Notes under the pieces: model-generated
Seen by the model: the letters and a program-made list of their open reading frames with translations, nothing else
The model's database searches: none
Told to the model about the DNA's origin: nothing
Made by a program: the position numbers and the translations under genes
Shown here: in pieces, positions 1 through 8,820 of the stretch
Numbering within the stretch: the stretch's first letter is position 1
Layout of the letters: each line of letters starts with the position of its first letter
Source: Pseudomonadota bacterium
GTDB lineage: Bacteria > Pseudomonadota > Gammaproteobacteria > Burkholderiales > JABEVD01
DNA: 64,000 nt
Reading direction: 5' to 3'
Assembly (NCBI GenBank): GCA_021835845.1
Contig: JAKBJU010000001.1
Location: 12,908 to 76,907, forward strand

Positions 1-183
1 GGTGATGGGAAGCCGGGTGTCCGCATCCATCTCCGGCAGCTCCAGGGTCCAGCCGTTTCCGAGCGTCACCACGCCACCCCACATCGATTCCTTCTCCATG
101 GAAACGATGGGCTCTTCCAGGTCCTTCTTCGGCACATAGGCGGAAAGCTCGCCAGAAGCGTTCCTGCGGATCATCACCTTCAT
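1..183 (-). CDS. nifT: NifT/FixU family protein, C-terminus cut by window edge
   Basis: Reverse translation from ATG 183-181 reads MKVMIRRNASGELSAYVPKKDLEEPIVSMEKESMWGGVVTLGNGWTLELPEMD, which fits the NifT pattern (MIRR..YV.KKDLEE..WGG.V.L.NG). ATGA overlap with the nifS stop at 180-183. Confidence 0.7.
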   Translation of the reverse strand, partial: MKVMIRRNASGELSAYVPKKDLEEPIVSMEKESMWGGVVTLGNGWTLELPEMDADTRLPIT

Positions 184-1307
184 TGCATTCTCCCTGTCAT
201 TTGCTCCACAATGCCCGGCAAAATGCCCAGCAATTGAGCTATTTCCTCTTCCGTCGTGTAACGGCTGAGCGAAAACCTTATCGAGGCTTCTGCAGCCTTT
301 CCCAATCCCATGGCAACGAGAACATGGGACGGCTGATTCCCGCCGGCAGCGCACGCCGCGCCGCTCGAAGCGTAAATTCCAGCCTTGTCCAGCCTGTCCA
401 GAATCGCTTCGCTCTCCATTTCTCCGAACCGGATACTGGACGTATTGGGAACCCTCTCCGTCCCGCCCCCGTTGATCCTCGCAAAGGGGATGCTTTCCAG
501 AATTCCGGCTTCGAGCTTCGCGCGCAGCAGGCCGATCCGCTCGCAGCAATCGTCTTCCATGAAGAGCCTGCAGGCCATCCCGAGCGCCGCTATCCCGGGC
601 AGGTTTTCCGTCCCTCCCCGCCGCCCCCTTTCCTGGCTCCCGAAAAAAAGGGGCGGGAGCCTGATGCCCTTCCTCACGAAGAGTGCGCCCACCCCCTTCG
701 GCGCATGCATCTTGTGCCCCGAGAAAACCAGGAAATCCACGGGTATCCTCGACAGATCGATTTTCAGCTTTCCCGCACACTGAACCGCATCGGTGTGGAA
801 CAGGCAGCCTTTCGATTTCGCAATCTTCACGGCATCCCCGATCGGGAAAACCACGCCGGTTTCGTTGTTCGCCCACATCAGCGACACGAGGGCCGTCTCG
901 TTCGTCACGGCTTTTTCCAGATCATCCGGATCGAGCCGGCCTTCTTCATCGACATCCAGCATCGTCACCCGATGCCCCTGCTTCTCGAGATGCCCGAAAA
1001 GGGCAAGCGTGGCAGGATGCTCGACCCTGCTGGTCACGATATGCCTCTTTCCCGGATTCAGCGCGCAGCTCCCCAGGATCGCCATGTGGTTTCCCTCCGT
1101 TCCGCTGCCCGTAAAAACCACTTCCTGCGGGGACGCGGCGAGAAATGAAGCAACCTGCATCCGCGCATCCATCAGTCTTTTCTTGGCGTTCTGACCCAGG
1201 ACATGCATGCTGGAGGGGTTGCCGTAATCCTCCATGCATTCCAGCATGGCATCCAGACTTTTCCGGGCCACCCGCGTCGTCGCATTGTTGTCGAGATAGA
1301 CATTCAT
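180..1307 (-). CDS. nifS: Cysteine desulfurase NifS
   Basis: 375 aa from ATG 1307 (MNVYLDNNATTRV). Motifs WANNETG, SGHKMHAPKGVGALFVR (PLP lysine), SSGAACAAG (active-site Cys), RFSLSRYTTEEEI. The upstream part of the 462-aa ORF overlaps the preceding gene and is not used. Confidence 0.9.
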   Translation of the reverse strand: MNVYLDNNATTRVARKSLDAMLECMEDYGNPSSMHVLGQNAKKRLMDARMQVASFLAASPQEVVFTGSGTEGNHMAILGSCALNPGKRHIVTSRVEHPATLALFGHLEKQGHRVTMLDVDEEGRLDPDDLEKAVTNETALVSLMWANNETGVVFPIGDAVKIAKSKGCLFHTDAVQCAGKLKIDLSRIPVDFLVFSGHKMHAPKGVGALFVRKGIRLPPLFFGSQERGRRGGTENLPGIAALGMACRLFMEDDCCERIGLLRAKLEAGILESIPFARINGGGTERVPNTSSIRFGEMESEAILDRLDKAGIYASSGAACAAGGNQPSHVLVAMGLGKAAEASIRFSLSRYTTEEEIAQLLGILPGIVEQMTGRMQ

Positions 1308-1645
1308 TGCCAGAATCTCCTCTCGGGATCCAGATTGAGTTCGTTCAGCAGCGCCTGCAGGGTTTCGTACTCGGCATAAAGCATCCATATCCCACCCGAA
1401 TGTTCCTTGCAGTAAAGCCGCCAGAGCCTCGATCTTTCCGCATACTCCATCCGCGCGATGTCTATCGTCCCGCCCAGCCTGTCGATGTTGCGCGAGCAGC
1501 AGGGGCTCCTGATCTCGTATCCGTTCGGGATGGCAACCACCTCCGGAGAAACATAGCGGTAGCGGCATCTCTCCGAAATCCTGCGCTCTATCCTCTTTAG
1601 ATCGAACTCATTGGGGTGTGGATAGCTGGCCAAGCGCGCCTCCAT
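1304..1645 (-). CDS. nif-cluster hypothetical protein, DUF3024-like by recollection
   Basis: 113 aa from ATG 1645, one nt after the upstream stop. ATGA overlap with the nifS start. The C-terminal WRLYCKEHSGGIWMLYAEYETLQALLNELNLDPERRFWQ resembles the DUF3024 pattern. Family assignment is unverified. Confidence 0.5.
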   Translation of the reverse strand: MEARLASYPHPNEFDLKRIERRISERCRYRYVSPEVVAIPNGYEIRSPCCSRNIDRLGGTIDIARMEYAERSRLWRLYCKEHSGGIWMLYAEYETLQALLNELNLDPERRFWQ

Positions 1646-1646
1646 G

Positions 1647-1886
1647 CTATAAGGGGGAGATTTCCTCCTCAAGGCAGCCCACAACGAATCCCTCCTGGAA
1701 TTCAACCAGATAAACAGGCGTCCTGGATTCCTCATGACTGCCGACCTGAACGATTTCACCACGGCTTCCACCTTTCACCAGAAGCGCCCCTTCATCCTTT
1801 TCCGGAAATGAGCCGTCGTTGTACAAATCCGAAGCGGCAAGCACAGGCTGGCCCCACTGGTATTTGGGCATCCTCGGTTCGATCAT
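1647..1886 (-). CDS. nifZ: NifZ-like protein (short paralogue)
   Basis: 79 aa. PKYQWGQPVLAASDLYNDGSFP...GEIVQVG...PVYLVEF..GFVVGCLEEEI matches the NifZ domain pattern. ATGA overlap with the upstream nifZ stop at 1883-1886. Confidence 0.7.
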   Translation of the reverse strand: MIEPRMPKYQWGQPVLAASDLYNDGSFPEKDEGALLVKGGSRGEIVQVGSHEESRTPVYLVEFQEGFVVGCLEEEISPL

Positions 1887-2185
1887 TGCAAGCTCCCTGC
1901 TTCTGGGACAACGGCGCCGACGATCTCAAGCTCCTTGCCACGCAATCCGACCCGGTATCCCCGATCGATGATCTCGACGCCGTAGATGTAGAATTGCTGC
2001 AGAAACGTACCTATGCTCGTCACGTAACCCAGGTCTCCCTTTTTCACCAGAATTTCCCCGATATCCTTTCCGGGAAAAGTGCCATCGTTCCTGATCGTCT
2101 TGATGACGCGCACCTTCTGTCCGTAATCGAACCAGGGCGGAGAAGTCAGCTCCACCACATCGCTATCCCTGCTGATTTTCGCCAT
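1883..2185 (-). CDS. nifZ: NifZ
   Basis: 100 aa from ATG 2185 with AGAGGAG upstream. F.YGQKVRVIKTIRNDGTFPGKDIGEILVKKGDLGYV...IYGVE...VGLRGKELE is the classic NifZ signature. Confidence 0.8.
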   Translation of the reverse strand: MAKISRDSDVVELTSPPWFDYGQKVRVIKTIRNDGTFPGKDIGEILVKKGDLGYVTSIGTFLQQFYIYGVEIIDRGYRVGLRGKELEIVGAVVPEAGSLQ

Positions 2186-2198
2186 GATTTCTCCTCTT

Positions 2199-2930
2199 TC
2201 ACAGGCGGGTTTTCGCCAAAGCCCGCACCGCCACATCCGGATCCGCCAGAAGCCTTTTCAGGTATTTCGGTGCCACCCTGCCCGCCACTTCGTACCTCAC
2301 CCGCCAATCCGCATCGTCGATGAGCAGCGGCAGCTTCATCTCGTCGATGCGCATGACGGCTTCCAGCCTCACCGAAGCATCCTCATCCTCGAGAATCCTG
2401 ACGAGCCACTCTTCGCCTATTCTTCTCGCCACAGTTTTCCTCACTTCCCTGTCCGAATCGCTCATCATCAGGGGCAGCATGGCAACTGGCATCCTGCGCG
2501 CCACGATCTGGCGAACGTAATAATCAGGGTCGTCGATCATCGCCCCGAGATTCGCCTCATCCAGTCGGGCTGCAACTCGGATTCTCACCTCCCTGTCGGG
2601 ATCCATGCGCATCCCCGCCAGATATTCCTGCGGCAGCCGCACCGCCACGCTCCACCTCACCGTCTCGTCCCGGTCATGCATGAGGCGGGGGAGAAACTCG
2701 GCTTCGACATGCTTGGCGGCGACCGCCCTCACCTCGAAATAGGGATGCTCCAGATATTCCTTCGCCTTTTCCGGATTCCAGTCAAAAAACCGGTCTATCC
2801 GCTTCGCATAGCGGTCCTCGACACAAGCTTGCATCAGGCGGCATTTCACGTCGCGGCTGCCACACATGCTGCAATCCAGCTCCTCTCCCAGCCAGTTTCT
2901 GGCCTCGACAATGTCGTCAGTCATCCTCAT
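2199..2930 (-). CDS. 4Fe-4S leucine-rich-repeat-variant (LRV) protein
   Basis: 243 aa. N-terminal Cys cluster (CSMCGSRDVKCRLMQAC) followed by repeated D.D..VR..VA.R modules, as in the Azotobacter nif-cluster LRV protein. Confidence 0.75.
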   Translation of the reverse strand: MRMTDDIVEARNWLGEELDCSMCGSRDVKCRLMQACVEDRYAKRIDRFFDWNPEKAKEYLEHPYFEVRAVAAKHVEAEFLPRLMHDRDETVRWSVAVRLPQEYLAGMRMDPDREVRIRVAARLDEANLGAMIDDPDYYVRQIVARRMPVAMLPLMMSDSDREVRKTVARRIGEEWLVRILEDEDASVRLEAVMRIDEMKLPLLIDDADWRVRYEVAGRVAPKYLKRLLADPDVAVRALAKTRL

Positions 2931-3426
2931 CCAGCCCCATCCGATCGAGCACCTTCAAAAGCACCTTCGCCCCTATCCTGTCCCCGGGATCCAGTTCCAT
3001 CAGTTTCAGGACTACATCCCTGCCTTCGACCAGGTTGCCAAGCCGCATGTTCAGGTACCCGTAAGCCTTCAGGGTGAAGAGATAGAATCTCGGCAATATC
3101 GCCTCGAAGCTGCCGAAATTCGCATCCTCATGGCGCACCATCCGCCAGTCCTGCGCCAAGGCATTGTCATGCGCCGCCTTCAAAAGGCAATCTTTCGCCA
3201 CTTTCAGCGCATCATTGAGCCGCCCCTTGTAGAAATAGAAACGGTAGCGCCCTATCAATACCGCGGCGTGTCCAGGCGCTGCCTCCATCGCCCTGTCGAG
3301 ATGGGCTTCAGCCACCTCGTCGTTCGAATAGGCGATTCCCGCGAGGCGAAGATGGTGCTCCGCCTCCGGCGGCAAGCCGCCTCCCAGGCATGCGCGCTCG
3401 AGCCAAGCCTCATCGGACGCATCCAA
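2917..3426 (-). CDS. TPR-like nif-associated hypothetical protein
   Basis: 169-aa ORF with a TTG start 3 nt after the iscA stop. Helical-repeat composition. Position between iscA(nif) and LRV. Start codon uncertain. Confidence 0.5.
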   Translation of the reverse strand: MDASDEAWLERACLGGGLPPEAEHHLRLAGIAYSNDEVAEAHLDRAMEAAPGHAAVLIGRYRFYFYKGRLNDALKVAKDCLLKAAHDNALAQDWRMVRHEDANFGSFEAILPRFYLFTLKAYGYLNMRLGNLVEGRDVVLKLMELDPGDRIGAKVLLKVLDRMGLDEDD

Positions 3427-3429
3427 GCA

Positions 3430-3783
3430 TCAGTTCCTGGCTATCGAGGCAATGTCGATGCTGGCAACTCCTGCACTGCTGCAACCGCAAGGCGCCGCCT
3501 TGGGATCGATGAAGGACAGCCCCGTCTTCGTCGGCGTATCGACAAAATCTATGGTCACCCCCTCCAGAAGCAGGCGGCTTTCCGCCGGGAGGAAGAGCCT
3601 GATGCCATCTTTCATCACCACGCTGTCGCCTGCTTTGGGGGCAGCCTCGACCGTGAATTCGGAAGCAAGACCCGAGCAGCCTCCTGCCGTGACGGAAAGC
3701 CTGAATCCGTAATTCTCTCCGCCGTTGAAGCGGACCATCTGGCGTATGAATTTTTCCGCGCCCGGGGTGATCATCACATTCAT
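3430..3783 (-). CDS. iscA: HesB/IscA-family Fe-S cluster assembly protein
   Basis: 117 aa. FRLSVTAGGCSG and a C-terminal CGCSS cysteine motif typical of A-type carriers. Sits in the nif operon. Confidence 0.85.
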   Translation of the reverse strand: MNVMITPGAEKFIRQMVRFNGGENYGFRLSVTAGGCSGLASEFTVEAAPKAGDSVVMKDGIRLFLPAESRLLLEGVTIDFVDTPTKTGLSFIDPKAAPCGCSSAGVASIDIASIARN

Positions 3784-3792
3784 GCTTTTCTC

Positions 3793-4014
3793 CTAGGCAG
3801 CCTGGTAGCGTGGATAGCTGGTGTCGATCACGCAGGTATTGTCAACGGGACAAACCGCAACGCACTGGGCATCATCGAAATAGCCGATGCATTCGGTGCA
3901 TTTCTTGGGATTGATGACGAAGGTGCCGTCCTTCTCGTAAATCGCCACGTTCGGGCATTCCGGTTCGCACGCTGAACAGGCTGTGCATTGGGATGAAATG
4001 ATCTTGTATGCCAT
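3793..4014 (-). CDS. fdxN: 2x[4Fe-4S] ferredoxin (FdxN-like)
   Basis: 73 aa. [12 protein letters not shown] and [18 protein letters not shown] cluster motifs. Immediately downstream of nifB. Confidence 0.85.
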   Translation of the reverse strand: MAYKIISSQCTACSACEPECPNVAIYEKDGTFVINPKKCTECIGYFDDAQCVAVCPVDNTCVIDTSYPRYQAA

Positions 4015-4050
4015 GATTTTCTCTCCAGAAATTGAAATGAATTTAAATAT

Positions 4051-5586
4051 TCAAGCTGCGATATAGGCACCCTGCCGTATGTCCGCGTCGCCGCGGTCGA
4101 CATGGACGATCTCCCCGGATCTGATTTTCCCCAGGTATTCCTTGAAGTAGCGCACCGCCGACTGCTCGATGAATTCGTGGGCGTATTTCTCCACCGGGTC
4201 GATGCCCGCCGCGCGCAATTCATCCTTCGGGCAACCGCCGATCTTGGCCACGAATACCGCCGCGCAGTCGTTGATGGCGCGGATCACCGTCGGCAGCGCA
4301 TCCTCTTCGCCGTATCCGCCCTGACAGTAGAGATCGACGCGGCGATGCCCCACGAACTTGGTCCCTTCCGTGCCGACCTCGTAAATCTGGAATTCGCTCG
4401 CATGCCCGAAATGCTCGTTGATCCTGCCGCTGCCCTTGGTGGCAACTGCGACCAGTATCTTCACATCGGAATACTCTTTTTCCAGTTCGAGAAGCTCGGC
4501 ATTTCTGGCCGCAACCTTCTCCTGCCTGTCCTGCTCGACGATTTCCTGATAGGCGCGCCTCTTCTCGATGTCGTACTGGACATCCATTTCCATGATCTTT
4601 TCGGTAGTGAATTCGGCGCTTCTGTCTTCCCCGAGCAGCCCTACAGCATCCGCCCTGCACTGCCTGCAATGACGCATCATGTTCATTTCGCCTTCGCAGT
4701 CGTCCTGCAGTGCTTTCAATTCCTGTGCAGTGGGACCGCGCTGTCCGTTGAGACCGAATACCGTGCCATGCTCCGGCGCCGAAATCAGGGGCATGATGTT
4801 GTGCAGGAAAGCGCCCCTCGATTTCACCGCCCGGTTGACTTCGACCAGATGCCTGTCGTTGATCCCGGGGATCATGACCGAATTCACCTTGCACAATATG
4901 CCGGCCGCAGTCAGCATCTCCAGCCCCAGCATCTGGCGCTCGGTGAGTATCCTGGCCGCCTCGATCCCGGTGACACGCTTGTGCTTCCAGAAAATCCAGG
5001 GGTAGATGTACTGCCCCACTTCAGGATCGACCATGTTGATGGTGATGGTCACATGGTCCACATTGAAGGCCTTGATGGTTTCCACATGGTCAGGCAAGGC
5101 AAGCCCGTTGGTGGACAGGCAAAGCTTGATGTCCGGGGCGCTTTTCGAGATCAGCTCGAAAGTCTTGAAAGTCTTTTCGGGATTCGCAAGGGGATCTCCC
5201 GGGCCTGCGATTCCCAGAACGGTCATCTGCGGAATGGTGGACGCGACCGCCAGCACCTTCTTCGATGCCTGCTCCGGAGTCAGCTTCTCGCTTACCACGC
5301 CCGGCCGGCTTTCGTTCGCGCAGTCGTATTTCCTGTTGCAGTAGTTGCACTGGATATTGCAGGCAGGCGCAACCGCCACATGCATGCGCGCATAATGGTG
5401 ATGCGCTTCCTCGCTGTAGCAGGGATGGTTCTTGACCTTTTCCCATACTTCTGGCGCCATGTCCTCGGGAGCCGAGGAAGAGCCGCAGCTCGCCTTTCCG
5501 CCTTCGCTCGAAGTGCCGCATCCCTTGTACTCGGCAATTTGCTGCATCATCTCTTCAAGCGGCTCGGTTTGATTTTGTCCCAGCAT
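4051..5586 (-). CDS. nifB: Nitrogenase cofactor biosynthesis radical-SAM protein NifB
   Basis: 511 aa. [36 protein letters not shown] radical-SAM motif plus a C-terminal NifX-like domain. AAGGAG RBS 6 nt upstream. Confidence 0.95.
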   Translation of the reverse strand: MLGQNQTEPLEEMMQQIAEYKGCGTSSEGGKASCGSSSAPEDMAPEVWEKVKNHPCYSEEAHHHYARMHVAVAPACNIQCNYCNRKYDCANESRPGVVSEKLTPEQASKKVLAVASTIPQMTVLGIAGPGDPLANPEKTFKTFELISKSAPDIKLCLSTNGLALPDHVETIKAFNVDHVTITINMVDPEVGQYIYPWIFWKHKRVTGIEAARILTERQMLGLEMLTAAGILCKVNSVMIPGINDRHLVEVNRAVKSRGAFLHNIMPLISAPEHGTVFGLNGQRGPTAQELKALQDDCEGEMNMMRHCRQCRADAVGLLGEDRSAEFTTEKIMEMDVQYDIEKRRAYQEIVEQDRQEKVAARNAELLELEKEYSDVKILVAVATKGSGRINEHFGHASEFQIYEVGTEGTKFVGHRRVDLYCQGGYGEEDALPTVIRAINDCAAVFVAKIGGCPKDELRAAGIDPVEKYAHEFIEQSAVRYFKEYLGKIRSGEIVHVDRGDADIRQGAYIAA

Positions 5587-5633
5587 GTTCGCTCCTTGTC
5601 ATCTTCGGAATGAAATCCGTCTGAACAGGAATG

Positions 5634-5649
5634 AGCAACAACCATGCCA
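5634..5649 (-). promoter_or_regulatory. sigma54 (-24/-12) promoter of nifB
   Basis: Minus strand reads TGGCAT-GGTTG-TTGCT against consensus TGGCAC-N5-TTGCW, about 48 nt upstream of the nifB ATG. Confidence 0.75.
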
Positions 5650-5703
5650 AAGGCAGTATCGCCCGGAGAACGCCGAAATGCTTGAATCTGGAGTGAGCCG
5701 GAT

Positions 5704-5719
5704 TGTCTGAATCCGTACA
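5704..5719 (-). promoter_or_regulatory. NifA upstream activator sequence (TGT-N10-ACA)
   Basis: TGTctgaatccgtACA, exact TGT-N10-ACA, about 70 nt upstream of the -24 element. Confidence 0.7.
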
Positions 5720-5732
5720 GCGTTGTCGCAAG

Positions 5733-5748
5733 TGTAGCGTTTGCTACA
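5733..5748 (-). promoter_or_regulatory. NifA upstream activator sequence (TGT-N10-ACA), second copy
   Basis: TGTagcgtttgctACA, exact TGT-N10-ACA, 29 bp from the first copy. Confidence 0.7.
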
Positions 5749-5769
5749 GTTGCTAGTTCGACCGGAAAG

Positions 5770-7392
5770 TCAGAACCGCTTGATCTCGATCTTGTGTTTC
5801 TGCAGAGCGTAGCCCATTTGCCTGGAAGTCAGCTTGAGCAGCCTCGCGGCCTTGGCCTGGACCCAGCCGCATTGCTCCATGGCCCAGACCAGGCGTTCGC
5901 GCTCGGAGGCGAAGGAGGAAGGTTCGGAGTTCTGGAAATCAGGCGGCGCTTCCCTGGATTCCGGCTCTGCCGCCTGCGCTGAAATTATGGGAATCACCGG
6001 GCTGCCCGATTTTCCGTAGCTGCGCAGGGAGAGCGAGAAACACTTGTTCTGCTGGCAGGGAAGATCCACCTCCCGGATCGTATTGCCGCGCGCCATGGTC
6101 ATTGTCCGCTCGACGCAATTTTCGAGCTCCCTCACGTTGCCAGGCCAATAGCAATCCAGCATGACCTTCAGCGCTTCCGGGGTGATCGCGAGCTTCTTCT
6201 GATTCTCCTGGTTGAATTCCTGAAGAAAATGATCGACCAGCAGGGGGATGTCTTCGCGCCGCTCGCGCAAGGGCGGAAGAAAAATGCTCACCACGTTGAT
6301 CCTGTAGTAGAGGTCGGCCCTGAATTCCCCCTTGGATACCGCCTCCTCCAGGTTGCGGTTGGTTGCCGTGACGAGGCGTATGTCCACCTTGATCGGCCTG
6401 TTGCCGCCGACCCGTTCGAATTCCCGCTCCTGGAGCACCCGCAACAGCTTCGTTTGGAACGATGGCGTGATGTCTCCGATCTCGTCGAGAAAGAGGGTGC
6501 CGCCATGGGCAAGCTCGAAGCGCCCCTTGCGCTCCTGGGTCGCCCCCGTGAACGATCCCTTTTCGTGGCCAAAAAGTTCCGATTCGAGCAGGGTCTCGGA
6601 CAGGGCCGCGCAATTGACCTTGATAAAAGGCTTGTCTTTTCTCGAACTGAGGTAATGGATGGCGCGGGCGATCACCTCCTTACCCGTCCCGCTTTCCCCA
6701 CGCAACAGCACCGTGGATTTCCCGGGAGCAGCCTGATGCACTTCGGCAAAAACCGCCTGCATGACCTTGCTCTGCCCGATCACGTTGTCCAGCCTGTATT
6801 TCCCGTGCAGTTCCTTCTGCAGGCGGCTCTTTTCCAGCATGAGTTGCTGCCGCTCACTCGCCACTTTCTGATGCAGCCTGACCGTCTGGCCGATCAGATT
6901 GGCGACCATGACCAGGAAGCGGATATCTCCCTCGAAACTCGGACGCTGCCCATCGAGTTCACGGTCCACGCTGAGGACGCCTATGGTCTCGCGCCCCACC
7001 TTGACCGGCACCCCCATGAAGGAGATGACCTTGTCTTCATTCAGGTTGCGCGAACCGGTGCGGTTGAGGAACATGGGTTCCTTCGCGATGTCAGGAACCA
7101 CGACGGGCATGCCCGATTTCATGATATTCCCGGTCACGCCCTCCCCGATCCGGAAACGACCCCGACTGATTTCCGCGTCAGAAAGTCCGGATGCACCAAC
7201 AACCTGTAACTCCCCCGACTCCTGCACCAGGCTAACCATGCCGCGCTGCATCTTCAGATGCGACGAAAGCACGTTGAGAACTTCCCGCACCGTCTTCCTC
7301 AAATCGAGGGACGAACTCAGTATCTTGCTGATCTCGTAGATAGTTATCAGCTCGACGCTGCCTTCTTTTTCAGATCCTCTCGCCATGCCCAT
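5770..7392 (-). CDS. nifA: nif-specific sigma54 enhancer-binding protein NifA
   Basis: 540 aa. N-terminal GAF domain, AAA+ domain ([14 protein letters not shown]-like [16 protein letters not shown]), C-X11-C-X19-C-X4-C linker motif, C-terminal HTH. Confidence 0.93.
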   Translation of the reverse strand: MGMARGSEKEGSVELITIYEISKILSSSLDLRKTVREVLNVLSSHLKMQRGMVSLVQESGELQVVGASGLSDAEISRGRFRIGEGVTGNIMKSGMPVVVPDIAKEPMFLNRTGSRNLNEDKVISFMGVPVKVGRETIGVLSVDRELDGQRPSFEGDIRFLVMVANLIGQTVRLHQKVASERQQLMLEKSRLQKELHGKYRLDNVIGQSKVMQAVFAEVHQAAPGKSTVLLRGESGTGKEVIARAIHYLSSRKDKPFIKVNCAALSETLLESELFGHEKGSFTGATQERKGRFELAHGGTLFLDEIGDITPSFQTKLLRVLQEREFERVGGNRPIKVDIRLVTATNRNLEEAVSKGEFRADLYYRINVVSIFLPPLRERREDIPLLVDHFLQEFNQENQKKLAITPEALKVMLDCYWPGNVRELENCVERTMTMARGNTIREVDLPCQQNKCFSLSLRSYGKSGSPVIPIISAQAAEPESREAPPDFQNSEPSSFASERERLVWAMEQCGWVQAKAARLLKLTSRQMGYALQKHKIEIKRF

Positions 7393-7636
7393 GCCCCATT
7401 AACCTCATCGTCGATTCGATCCTGCCGCAGATCGCAAGTTCGGCTCTCTGGAACTAGCAATTTCCATACCCACAACACGACTTCCCCCGGCCAAATTGGC
7501 GGTCGACGCGAGTTTCGAAATTTCGACACGATAAATGATGCTGCGAGCAGGATCAGCAGGGCAGTCCCTACATGGTGATTTGAAAGTTCTTGAAATCCGC
7601 GATACACGACATGAAAACCGCGCATGTCGCTGATTT

Positions 7637-7683
7637 TGGAGGCGGGGGTCGGAATCGAACCGGCGTCCACGGCTTTGCAGGCC
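7637..7683 (-). repeat. att direct repeat: displaced 3' 47 nt of tRNA-Cys
   Basis: 47/47 identical by eye to 26245-26291 (CCA end to anticodon stem). Lacks the tRNA 5' half, so it is not a gene. Confidence 0.85.
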
Positions 7684-7731
7684 ATTCCTTTACCCCAACA
7701 AAACAATAAGATACAATTAAATATGTATTTA

Positions 7732-7750
7732 TTGGGTGATTCTTGGGTGA
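7732..7750 (+). promoter_or_regulatory. Two TTGGGTGA direct repeats with 11-bp phasing: putative integrase arm sites
   Basis: TTGGGTGA at 7732-7739 and 7743-7750. The same octamer with the same phasing recurs at the other island end (26154-26172). Confidence 0.5.
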
Positions 7751-7766
7751 ACCAACAGGGGACATT

Positions 7767-8747
7767 ATGGCACAAATAGAGCGGCGCGGTGATTTGCAAT
7801 GGCGGGCCAGAATCAAGAAAAAGGGCTTTCCCGAACAGTCAAAAACCTTCTTCACGAAAAAGGATGCAGAGGACTGGTCCAAGATCATAGAATCCGAAAT
7901 GATCCGAGGAACGTTCATTGCCCGGACGGAATCGGAAAAAGTTACCTTCGGCGATCTAGTAGATCGGTATCTACGAGAAGTTACCCCGTCCAAGAAAAAC
8001 TGGAAGAGCGAAACCGAGATCATGGGCAAGATCAAGGAGAGATTCGGACAGCACGCTCTCGTTGCGATCCAGTCTAAAGAAATTGCCGAATACCGCGATG
8101 AGCTTTTAGAAAAGAGGGCAGCCTCCACGGTCTGTCATTACCTGAATGCAATTTCTGTCGTGATAGATACCGCACTCAAAGAATGGGGCTACGTCCTCCC
8201 AGCAAATCCAGTTCGCAATGTGCGCCGTCCTTCCCAACCAACGGGAAGAGATAGGCGGCTTTCGACTGAAGAGGAAACAGCACTCATTGAAGAATGCAGG
8301 AAGTCCGGCAACGTCTGGCTTGTGCCTGTCGTGGTTCTTGCTACTGAAACGGCGATGCGGCAAGGAGAGATTTTCAAGCTGTCGTGGGAGCATGTGAACC
8401 TGAAAAGGCAAATAGCGCATATCCCGGAAACCAAGAACGGCGAAGCTCGAACAATCCCACTTTCGACTCGCGCTGTCGCGGCGCTGGACGCTCTCCCACG
8501 CTCTATTGATGGCCGGGTTATCCAGGCGCGTCAGGATGCTTTGAGAAAGTGTTTCGAACGGGCCGTGGTCAGGGCTGGTATCAAGGATCTACGATTCCAT
8601 GATCTCAGGCACGAGGCGACATCCAGATTGTTCGAAAAAGGACTAAACCCGATGGAAGCTGCGAGCGTAACCGGACATAAAACGCTTGCCATGCTGAAAC
8701 GCTACACGCATTTGAAGGCTGAGGAACTGGCGAAGAAGCTTGGATAG
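7767..8747 (+). CDS. int: Tyrosine-type site-specific integrase
   Basis: 326 aa from ATG 7767 with AGGGGA upstream. The ORF track begins at TTG 7743. Catalytic-domain pattern ATETAMRQGEI...FHDLRHEATSRL...GHKTLAMLKRYTH (R..HxxR..Y). Confidence 0.9.
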   Translation: MAQIERRGDLQWRARIKKKGFPEQSKTFFTKKDAEDWSKIIESEMIRGTFIARTESEKVTFGDLVDRYLREVTPSKKNWKSETEIMGKIKERFGQHALVAIQSKEIAEYRDELLEKRAASTVCHYLNAISVVIDTALKEWGYVLPANPVRNVRRPSQPTGRDRRLSTEEETALIEECRKSGNVWLVPVVVLATETAMRQGEIFKLSWEHVNLKRQIAHIPETKNGEARTIPLSTRAVAALDALPRSIDGRVIQARQDALRKCFERAVVRAGIKDLRFHDLRHEATSRLFEKGLNPMEAASVTGHKTLAMLKRYTHLKAEELAKKLG

Positions 8748-8820
8748 ATTCAGCCCAGTTCCCCCAGTTGGCTTAATCTATTAATTATGGCTACAATCCC
8801 CCGTTACTTAAGGGGGTAAT

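Noticed and set aside
180-1568. Full-length 462-aa version of the nifS ORF, with similar long N-terminal extensions at 13703-14896, 15520-16383, 16328-16930, 16888-17742, 32122-33324 and 33544-34962
   Set aside because: The extensions overlap the upstream genes, are Arg/Pro-rich, and precede internal starts that carry good RBS or ATGA/TTGA coupling. Those internal starts reproduce canonical N-termini.
4102-5613. 503-aa plus-strand ORF
   Set aside because: It lies exactly antisense to nifB, whose radical-SAM motifs are unambiguous. Its composition is Arg/Ala/Leu-rich and typical of shadow ORFs in GC-rich DNA.
7393-7636. sigma54 promoter upstream of nifA (TGGAAATTGCT-like and TGGCCG strings)
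   Set aside because: The GG-to-GC spacing is wrong (5 rather than 10 nt) or the -12 element is missing, so no promoter could be supported.
7637-7683. Possible second tRNA-Cys gene or tRNA pseudogene
   Set aside because: Only the 3' 47 nt are present, and they are identical to the intact gene. The position next to an integrase marks this as an att direct repeat.
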